Assembly (NCBI GenBank): GCA_036769805.1 | Contig: DAIPKK010000002.1 | Coordinates: 1 to 43,175, forward strand | DNA: 43,175 nucleotides | Reading direction: 5' to 3' | DNA from: Patescibacteria group bacterium | GTDB taxonomy: Bacteria > Patescibacteriota > Patescibacteriia > DYGC01 | Shown here: piece by piece, positions 37,292-43,175 of the stretch | Position numbering within the stretch: the first letter of the stretch is position 1 | Layout of the letters: each line of letters starts with the position of its first letter | Program-made: the position numbers and the translations under genes | The notes under the pieces: model-generated | Seen by the model: only the letters and a program-made list of their open reading frames with translations | Told to the model about the DNA's origin: nothing | Databases searched by the model: none

Positions 37292-38566
37292 TTATTTCAG
37301 ACCAAGAGTTTCTTTGATAAACTCAATGGTTTTTTTATTCAAGAGATTTTGTTCAATATAATGACGGAAACGTTTGTTGGTTTTCATTTCTTCGGACGCC
37401 TCACCATATTGGGCAAATTGTTTATCAATATCCTCTTCGGTCACGGATAAATTATTTTTATCGACGATTTCTTTTAAAATTAAAGAAATTTTAACGCGTT
37501 TCTCAGCTTCAGGACGCATTTCCTTCAATAAATCCTCTTCGGTTTTTTTGATATGTTCCAAGTAATGTTCGTAGTTACCGCGTTGTTTTTCAATATTTTG
37601 CTTTAATTCATTTAACATTACGCGAGTTTCTTGATCAATAAAAGCATCATTTATATGATCAAAATCGGCTTTTTTCAATAATTCATCAAAAACTTGGTTC
37701 ATATTTTGAATATCGGCATTTTTGGCTTTTTCTCCCAAAAGATTCTTTTTCATGGATTCTTTTAATTCAGCCAAGCTTTCATATTTTAGTTCTTTTGCCA
37801 AATCATCATTGACTTCAGGATATTCGCGTTCCATCACCTTGTTGATTTTTACTTTAAATTCAGCGGCTTTTCCGGCAATCGGTTTGTGCGGGTAATCCTT
37901 GGGAAAATTCAAATTAAAGATTTTTTCTTCGCCGGCGCTCAATCCGATTAAAGCTTCTTCAAAACCGGGAATCATGCTTTGTTGCCCAACCACCAAATGA
38001 TAGTCTTTGGCTGATCCGCCTTCCAAAGGAACATTGTCCACGGCCACGTCAAAATTTAAAATAGCGACATTACCATTGGCAATCGGTCGTAAAATTTCTT
38101 TTTCTTTAACCAAATATTCCAATAAACCTTTCATTGATTCGTCAATTTCTTTATCTTCAACCTTGATTTCCTCGGATTTAATTTTGATTTTATCCCAAGC
38201 TTTTAAGGTAAATGTCGGTAATTGGTGAATCGTGGCTTTGAATTCAATCGGGTTGTTCGGAGCCAATTTGTCCATTTCAATCTTTGGAGTAATGAACAAT
38301 CGTAAGTCATTTTCTTTTAAGATTTGATTTAAAGCGGTATCAACGATGTCTTCCATTGAGCTTTGTAATAGATACATTTCACCGACTTGTTTTTTGACCA
38401 CATCAAACGGGATTTTGCCGGCGCGGAATCCGTCAATTTTTAAATCTTTATTGATTTTTTTTGCGGTTTTTTCCAAAAATTGTTCAATTTCTTCATAAGG
38501 GATGTTAATTTCAAAGCAAATTTCACCCTTTTTTTCATCAATTTTTTTGTTGGCAACTAATTTCAT
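37292..38566 (-). CDS. tig: Trigger factor
   Basis: 424 aa with the N-terminal ribosome-binding GFRAGKIP motif, a central FKBP-type PPIase region and a helical C-terminus. Confidence 0.9.
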   Translation of the reverse strand: MKLVANKKIDEKKGEICFEINIPYEEIEQFLEKTAKKINKDLKIDGFRAGKIPFDVVKKQVGEMYLLQSSMEDIVDTALNQILKENDLRLFITPKIEMDKLAPNNPIEFKATIHQLPTFTLKAWDKIKIKSEEIKVEDKEIDESMKGLLEYLVKEKEILRPIANGNVAILNFDVAVDNVPLEGGSAKDYHLVVGQQSMIPGFEEALIGLSAGEEKIFNLNFPKDYPHKPIAGKAAEFKVKINKVMEREYPEVNDDLAKELKYESLAELKESMKKNLLGEKAKNADIQNMNQVFDELLKKADFDHINDAFIDQETRVMLNELKQNIEKQRGNYEHYLEHIKKTEEDLLKEMRPEAEKRVKISLILKEIVDKNNLSVTEEDIDKQFAQYGEASEEMKTNKRFRHYIEQNLLNKKTIEFIKETLGLK

Positions 38567-38664
38567 AAAGAATTATTTATGGATTAATAAAATTTTTATG
38601 TTTTTTAAGATTATCACAGGTCTTTTTCTTTGTAAAGTTTTGATAATTGGTGTTTATTAACAAG

Positions 38665-38673
38665 TTATCCACA
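38665..38673 (+). promoter_or_regulatory. Isolated perfect DnaA box in the tig / sORF divergent intergenic region
   Basis: Exact TTATCCACA. Confidence 0.4.
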
Positions 38674-38732
38674 GGTGTTTAATTGAAAAATTGTTTTATT
38701 TTAGATAAATTGTGATTGGTTTTTCATTTTTA

Positions 38733-38761
38733 TAGTCAAGTGTGCACAGGCGTGCTATAAT
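38733..38761 (+). promoter_or_regulatory. Candidate sigma-70 promoter for the structured leader and sORF
   Basis: TAGTCA-17 nt-TATAAT, with TGC immediately upstream of the -10 (extended -10). Confidence 0.5.
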
Positions 38762-38773
38762 GGCTTTGTGAGT

Positions 38774-38820
38774 AGGTGATTCGGACTTAAAACTTAGGTC
38801 GGGGTCCAAGATAATCGCCT
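38774..38820 (+). ncRNA. Compact structured 5' leader element (unclassified)
   Basis: An 8-bp closing helix AGGTGATT/AATCGCCT (one G-U, valid only on the plus strand) encloses a 7-bp hairpin GACTTAA-AAC-TTAGGTC (38784-38800) and a GGGGTCC tail. Confidence 0.4.
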
Positions 38821-38852
38821 ATAAACAAAATTTAAAAAACAAAAATAAAAAT

Positions 38853-38978
38853 ATGCAACAATTTAAACAAGCTATGTATCGCGAATTGTTCGTGAATGAT
38901 TGCACCAATATGTCCTACTTTGTGCTTTTCGCCTTGGTGGTCGGTGCTAACTTGGCCTTAGCCGGTGGTTTGATCTAA
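38853..38978 (+). CDS. 41-codon sORF encoding a small hydrophobic-tailed peptide
   Basis: Translates ATG..TAA as MQQFKQAMYRELFVNDCTNMSYFVLFALVVGANLALAGGLI. The C-terminal 20 aa form a TM-like helix. It lies between a promoter and a terminator. No clear Shine-Dalgarno sequence. Confidence 0.4.
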   Translation: MQQFKQAMYRELFVNDCTNMSYFVLFALVVGANLALAGGLI

Positions 38979-39013
38979 TAACCGTCGTCTAAATTCAAGT
39001 ATTGGGTAAATAC

Positions 39014-39056
39014 TAAAAAAACGCTTATTTCTCCTTGAGAACCAAGCGCTTTTTTA
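39014..39056. terminator. Bidirectional intrinsic terminator (sORF unit versus the convergent coiled-coil gene)
   Basis: A8, then CGCTT-at-TTCTC-ctt-GAGAA-cc-AAGCG, then C and T6. Confidence 0.6.
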
Positions 39057-39080
39057 GTTTTATGGGAAAGTTTTTAATGA

Positions 39081-40706
39081 TTATCTTCGCCCACGATTGC
39101 CACCTCTGCCACGGTTGCGCCCCCCACGTTTTTTGTTGCGGTTATTATCTCTTTGTTTTCCTCCTGATTGTTTGTCCCCTTCTTTTTTATCGTCATCATC
39201 CTTTTCTCCATCTTTTTTCTTTTTTGGTTCGGGGGCTTCGTTTTGAGCTTCTGGATGAATGATTTGATCAATGAATTCAAGGATTTTTCCATTTATAAAT
39301 TCGTCTTCCGTAGTGATTTTATGCAAATCATAAATGGATTTTTGTGATTCCAGGAGTGCTTGCGCGGCAGTATAAATGGCTTTAATTATTTTTTGCCCAT
39401 TTTTTGCGGAAACTAATTCCTTTTCTATTTTTTCCAGTTTTCCCGCAATTTTTTCCCGAAGCTCTTTTAGTGTTTTTATTTTTTTCTTGGCCAGTTCTTC
39501 ACTTTCCTTTTTTATTTCTTTTTTAAGTTCGTTTTTTTTTAATTCCAATTGGTCAATTTCTATTCCGTCTCGTTGGTTGTAAACCGGCTTGTTTAATAAA
39601 AGATTGAGGGCTTCCAATGTTCTTTCCAGTTCTTTTTGTTTATCGTCAAGGCTACTTTGTTCAGGGGAAGGATTTTGTAAAGTACCCAAGACTTTTTCCA
39701 ATCCTTGTAGTTTTTTTATCATTTCTTCAATCCTTTTTTTATAACTGCTGTTTTTGTAGCGAAATTCCGCCAAATCTTTCATTTGTTGGGTTTGGCTTTT
39801 GCCTAATGGACGACCCAGTTCTTCTGCTATTTTCTCTTTTAATTTTTGTTTATTTTTCAGGTTATCATTATTGTAGTTGTTAAAGGCATTTAAAAGATTT
39901 TTGGCTTGGACTACCACTTGATTATCTTCATTTGAAAAGTTTTTTCTGTTTATAATGTTAAGTCCATGGTCAATTTTCCCGATATTTTTTAGATTATTTA
40001 GTTTATTTATTAAATCATTGAATTTTGCAGTTTTATGCATTATTAAGTGATTATAATGGTTTACATCCAGTGAAAAAGCCTTTTGTTCTTCAGTGTTACT
40101 GGTTTGTCCCAATAATCTCTCTGCTTCTTTCTTTTTTCTTTGATAAAACTTTATTTCAAAATCAAATAGTATTTCCACGCCCCTTATTCCCTGCAATTTA
40201 TCTTTTATTTTTCCTTGTTCAATCAGGTCTTGTTTGTAATTATTTTTTTCAATTTTCTCAAAAGCAATAATTTTTTGGCTGATTTTTTTTAAATGTTGAT
40301 TTTGCTTTTTAGCTTTTTTTGCCTCGTCTATTATTTGATGCAGTTCATTGGCGCCCGCTTGCTGTTTCGCTTCTATTTTTGGTAAAATTTTACGATAGTT
40401 ATTAATCGTTCCTTGATACAATGAAATATCTCGCCCAGCTTTTTGTTGATCATATTGACTGATTTCGCCTTTTTGGATTCGTTTTTGGTTAAAATCTACC
40501 AACTCTATTCGTTTGTTGATTTCGTATTGGATAATATCGATCAGTTTTTGCGTGGAAAAACGTTCAACGTGGGTGCTTGGTGTGTTGGTGCGCCCTAAAG
40601 CATTTTTAATTTCACGCATTTTGGTTTCCACCGTTCTGGCTTTTTCTGCAAATTCTTGCCAGGGAGTTTTTTGGGGGACAATGTTTTGTTCCGGAAAATT
40701 TTCCAT
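39081..40706 (-). CDS. Long coiled-coil protein with a C-terminal Lys/Asp-rich then Arg/Gly-rich (RGG-like) tail; function unknown
   Basis: 541 aa, Lys/Glu/Gln/Asn-rich with heptad-like character throughout. The tail reads KKKKDGEKDDDDKKEGDKQSGGKQRDNNRNKKRGGRNRGRGGNRGRR. Confidence 0.6.
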   Translation of the reverse strand: MENFPEQNIVPQKTPWQEFAEKARTVETKMREIKNALGRTNTPSTHVERFSTQKLIDIIQYEINKRIELVDFNQKRIQKGEISQYDQQKAGRDISLYQGTINNYRKILPKIEAKQQAGANELHQIIDEAKKAKKQNQHLKKISQKIIAFEKIEKNNYKQDLIEQGKIKDKLQGIRGVEILFDFEIKFYQRKKKEAERLLGQTSNTEEQKAFSLDVNHYNHLIMHKTAKFNDLINKLNNLKNIGKIDHGLNIINRKNFSNEDNQVVVQAKNLLNAFNNYNNDNLKNKQKLKEKIAEELGRPLGKSQTQQMKDLAEFRYKNSSYKKRIEEMIKKLQGLEKVLGTLQNPSPEQSSLDDKQKELERTLEALNLLLNKPVYNQRDGIEIDQLELKKNELKKEIKKESEELAKKKIKTLKELREKIAGKLEKIEKELVSAKNGQKIIKAIYTAAQALLESQKSIYDLHKITTEDEFINGKILEFIDQIIHPEAQNEAPEPKKKKDGEKDDDDKKEGDKQSGGKQRDNNRNKKRGGRNRGRGGNRGRR

Positions 40707-40768
40707 ATTTGTATTTTAAATAAAAAATAAGAAAAGTTACGTCCCTTCTATTTTAGTAAATTTTTAGG

Positions 40769-40777
40769 TTTTCCACA
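40769..40777 (+). promoter_or_regulatory. DnaA-box-like 9-mer (TTTTCCACA, one mismatch) in the divergent rpsT / coiled-coil intergenic region
   Basis: 8 of 9 positions match. It overlaps the putative -35 (TTGTGG) of the minus-strand gene. Confidence 0.25.
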
Positions 40778-40908
40778 AATCACTTGCCAAGCTTGAAAAC
40801 TTGTGTTAAATTAGACCTGCGTTTGACAAAGATCTTGGTGTGAAGATTTTTTCAACGAACTCTACTTGCTCTGTGCTCTCAACTATATTTTTAATATTTA
40901 AGAAAACT

Positions 40909-41178
40909 ATGCCTAATTTACGAGCGGCGAAGAAGGATTTACGACAATCCAAGAAGCGCCAAGAAAGAAATGAATTGACTTACACAAAATTGCGCGATTT
41001 GATGCGTCAAACCCGCAAGTCAGCCGATGCCAAGGACGTTAAAAAGACCGAGGAATTGGTGAAAACCGCCATTAAAACCTTGGATAAAGCCGTTAAAAAA
41101 GGCTTTATGAAGAAAAATACCGTTTCCCGACGTAAAAGCATTTTGGCTCGTCGTTTGAACGAAACCAAGAAAGCTTAA
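40909..41178 (+). CDS. rpsT: 30S ribosomal protein S20
   Basis: The start was chosen at MPNLRAAKKDLRQSKKRQERN (89 aa). It is a basic helical protein with the S20 N-terminal signature. The longer ORF-track form adds a non-homologous extension. Confidence 0.9.
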   Translation: MPNLRAAKKDLRQSKKRQERNELTYTKLRDLMRQTRKSADAKDVKKTEELVKTAIKTLDKAVKKGFMKKNTVSRRKSILARRLNETKKA

Positions 41179-41189
41179 TTGTTACATAT

Positions 41190-41218
41190 AAAAAATAGGA
41201 CTTTTGTCCTATTTTTTT
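41190..41218 (+). terminator. Intrinsic terminator of rpsT
   Basis: AATAGGAC-TTTT-GTCCTATT followed by TTTTT. Confidence 0.75.
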
Positions 41219-41308
41219 GTATTTGCGCTATTACCGGTCTTTGTTATAATTAATCTTGTAATAAATAAAATTTATTAACGTTTTATAAATGTAAAAAATA
41301 TCTAATTT

Positions 41309-41848
41309 ATGGCCAAATTAGCGAACGAAGAACAACTTATCAGGGAAGCGCAGGCAGATCAGTCCAAGTTTTCCCTGTTGTATCGGCATTACTTCGAACA
41401 GATTTACTATTTTTTGTTAGCCAAAATCCGCAACGAAGCCGACGCTGAGGATTTGACGGCAATCACTTTTGCCAAAGCTCTTAACAATTTAAAAAAGTAC
41501 AAAGAAGGAAATTTCCGTGCCTGGTTGTATCGGATCGCCAATAACAGTTTTTTAGACTTTGTGCGTAAGGAAAACCGTATTTCCCATGATGAAGATCAAA
41601 TGATGAATTTGGAGGATACTCATTCTGAAGATGCCAGCGAGACGGTGGATAAGGCGATTATGTTGGATAAAGTTAAGTCTGTGATGAAAACTTTACCGGA
41701 AAAATACCAAAACGTTTTATCGCTGAAATATTTTTCCGATATGAGTAATGGGGAAATCGCGGAAATGTTGAATTGTCGGGAAAACAGCGTGGCGGTGCAA
41801 CTTCATCGTGGAGTGAAGATGCTGACTGAACTTTTAAATAATAATTAA
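41309..41848 (+). CDS. ECF-type RNA polymerase sigma-70 family factor
   Basis: 179 aa with region 2 (LLYRHYFEQIYYFLLAKI...AEDLT..TF.KA) and a region 4 helix-turn-helix (MSNGEIAEMLNCRENSVAVQLHRG). Confidence 0.9.
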   Translation: MAKLANEEQLIREAQADQSKFSLLYRHYFEQIYYFLLAKIRNEADAEDLTAITFAKALNNLKKYKEGNFRAWLYRIANNSFLDFVRKENRISHDEDQMMNLEDTHSEDASETVDKAIMLDKVKSVMKTLPEKYQNVLSLKYFSDMSNGEIAEMLNCRENSVAVQLHRGVKMLTELLNNN

Positions 41849-41860
41849 AATTTTACATAT

Positions 41861-43175
41861 ATGAAAAAATTTGACGAAAAATTGGTGGAAAACTTGCTGT
41901 TTGAAGACGGCAAAGTTTCCCGCGCCACCGCCGCGCACGTCAGCGACGCGAAACGCGATGAGATCTACGAGAAGGTTTTAAGATATTCTCAAAATTTATC
42001 ATTAAATGAAACAACTATGAAAGCCTCAAATTCGTGGCTGAAGAGTTTTATGTTATTGGTCAGCGGTGCCGCCATCGCCGCGATTGCCTTTTTCTCTTTT
42101 AGTTATTGGCCGGGTGATAGTGGAAAGATTGTTGTTAATCCGGAAGAAAATCAAGCGAGCGAGGTGGCGGTGGAGCAGGCTATTCCTTTGGCCGCGACCG
42201 TTGCTTATATTGATGGCTCTTTGAGTTTGAAAGTCGGTGAAAATTGGGAAAATTTAGCGGTTGGTGATGATTTGAAGGCCGGTGACCTTGTGAAAACCGC
42301 CGCCCCCGGACGCGCCATTATTAATTTTGATGATGGCAGTGCCGTGCGTTTGGATGCCAACACAGAAGTTTTGATTCAGCAATGTGATAATGAAGCGATT
42401 GTTTTGGCTCAATCCAATGGTCAAATTTATAATCGCGTTCACAAATCCGATACTTTGGAATTCAGTGTTTTGGGAAAAGAAACCAAAATCACCGCTATGG
42501 GTACCGCTTTTACCGTTAATATGAATCGCGCCGATCAAGTGATTGTTAAGGTTTTGGAATCAAAAGTGAAAGTGGAAGAAAAGCAAAAACAGGAAGAAGT
42601 GCTTGCCGGTGAAGTGGCTGTGGTTTATCAAAAAGAAGAAACCGTTAGCAAAAATAAATTGGCTTACGAAGAATTACAAGATGATTTTCATCAATGGAAT
42701 AAAGATGAGGACGTAAAAATTGAAGCGCCTTTGGGAGTTTTGGAGGAAGTTCCGCCGGTTTTAAAAATTAGCGCCCCCAGTGATTCTTTGGAAACTTATT
42801 CTTCCAGCGTGGAAGTTAAGGGTATGACTGATGGTATAAAAGTGTTGGTTAATGGTGCTGAAGTGGCGGTGAGCGAGGAGAGTTTTATCAAGAGTGTTTC
42901 TTTGTCTTTAGGTAAAAATGTTATCACTGTAAAGGCTATCAACGAATTTGATAAGACAACTGAAAAATCAATTATTGTTTATAAAAAGGAAAAAACCGAA
43001 GAGCCGGTGGAAAAACCAACAAGCAGCGGTATTTCTTTGAGTGCTTCCGTGGTGGATGGTAAAGTGAAATTATCTTGGTCATTGAGCAACATGACTTCCT
43101 CTATGGGGTTCAAAGTTGTTTATAATGAAAGCGGTTATCCGGTTTATCCTGGGGATACTTATCACTATCTAAGTA
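41861..43175 (+). CDS. FecR-domain membrane protein (putative anti-sigma factor) with Ig-like C-terminal modules; 3' truncated by the window
   Basis: ATG at 41861, 12 nt after the sigma-factor stop. I checked codon by codon that the frame stays open to the window end. It has one TM helix (FMLLVSGAAIAAIAFFSF) and the FecR pattern GDLVKTAAPGRAIINFDDGSAVRLDANTEV. It is absent from the ORF track because it has no stop. Confidence 0.8.
   Translation, partial: MKKFDEKLVENLLFEDGKVSRATAAHVSDAKRDEIYEKVLRYSQNLSLNETTMKASNSWLKSFMLLVSGAAIAAIAFFSFSYWPGDSGKIVVNPEENQASEVAVEQAIPLAATVAYIDGSLSLKVGENWENLAVGDDLKAGDLVKTAAPGRAIINFDDGSAVRLDANTEVLIQQCDNEAIVLAQSNGQIYNRVHKSDTLEFSVLGKETKITAMGTAFTVNMNRADQVIVKVLESKVKVEEKQKQEEVLAGEVAVVYQKEETVSKNKLAYEELQDDFHQWNKDEDVKIEAPLGVLEEVPPVLKISAPSDSLETYSSSVEVKGMTDGIKVLVNGAEVAVSEESFIKSVSLSLGKNVITVKAINEFDKTTEKSIIVYKKEKTEEPVEKPTSSGISLSASVVDGKVKLSWSLSNMTSSMGFKVVYNESGYPVYPGDTYHYLS

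Noticed and set aside
39074-39292. Minus-strand 72-aa ORF in an alternative frame, and plus-strand ORFs at 39035-39262, 39376-39582, 39617-39883, 40025-40270 and 40513-40719
   Set aside because: All overlap the 541-aa coiled-coil gene. They arise from its biased Lys/Glu codon composition (poly-A/G and poly-T/C runs).
40840-40908. 23-codon N-terminal extension of rpsT
   Set aside because: S20 homology begins at MPNLRAAKK. The extension overlaps the leader hairpin and has no homology.
42254-42538. Minus-strand 94-aa ORF
   Set aside because: It lies antisense inside the well-supported FecR-domain gene, and its translation is low-complexity.
1-43175. Remaining short antisense or out-of-frame ORF-track entries (e.g. 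1791-2150, 2474-2668, 3568-3753, 6286-6552, 7421-7759, 8951-9253, 11662-12049, 12369-12932, 15163-16052, 16689-17159, 17522-18622, 18844-19185, 20437-22295, 28209-30005, 34715-37163)
   Set aside because: Each is nested within a longer ORF that has clear family motifs. None has recognisable motifs of its own.
1-43175. Alternative genetic code (UGA reassignment, as in some CPR lineages)
   Set aside because: TGA terminates at least one full-length, motif-complete gene (GT4, stop at 6218-6220). All conserved genes are full length under the standard code.
1-43175. CRISPR arrays or other long tandem or interspersed repeats
   Set aside because: I saw no regularly spaced direct repeats of 20 nt or more. 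The only repeats noticed are short ones, namely the DnaA boxes, the 8-mers within the noncoding locus and CGTAAAAA-type motifs at 25991-26095.

Overview
This is an AT-rich bacterial chromosome segment carrying the replication origin: rnpA, DnaA-box cluster, dnaA, a second DnaA-box cluster with an AT-rich tract, then dnaN. Gene content and style (tight operons, a DUF4012/GT4 surface-glycan operon, many small orphan envelope proteins) suggest a small-genome lineage such as Patescibacteria/CPR; that placement is inference only. The standard genetic code fits, since TGA is used as a stop.

Supported content:
- mscL.
- A six-gene glycan-assembly operon (735-9933, minus strand).
- RNase P RNA (rnpB, minus strand), which explains two spurious plus-strand ORFs.
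- A DNA-repair neighbourhood: RadC-like JAB protein, a very acidic orphan, an AlkD-like glycosylase and xth.
- An SdpR/SdpI-like pair with a perfect palindromic operator.
- A six-gene operon of uncharacterised envelope proteins.
- A short UvrA paralogue.
- tRNA-Ser(CGA) and tRNA-Arg(CCU).
- A Trm11-like methyltransferase, ychF, lspA and a DksA/TraR zinc-finger protein.
- A NYN-domain gene followed by pnp.
- A class A PBP and trigger factor.
- A 541-aa coiled-coil protein with an Arg/Gly tail.
- rpsT.
- An ECF sigma factor with a FecR-type partner, truncated at the window end.

The most interesting unexplained signal is a roughly 540-nt ORF-free, hairpin-dense locus at 26060-26640. It has its own near-consensus promoter and matches none of the housekeeping RNA signatures I can recognise by eye. 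Secondary candidates are a promoter, structured leader and 41-codon hydrophobic sORF (38733-38978), the lspA reading frame running into tRNA-Arg, and the acidic orphan in the repair cluster. I saw no CRISPR array, transposase, integrase or rRNA.
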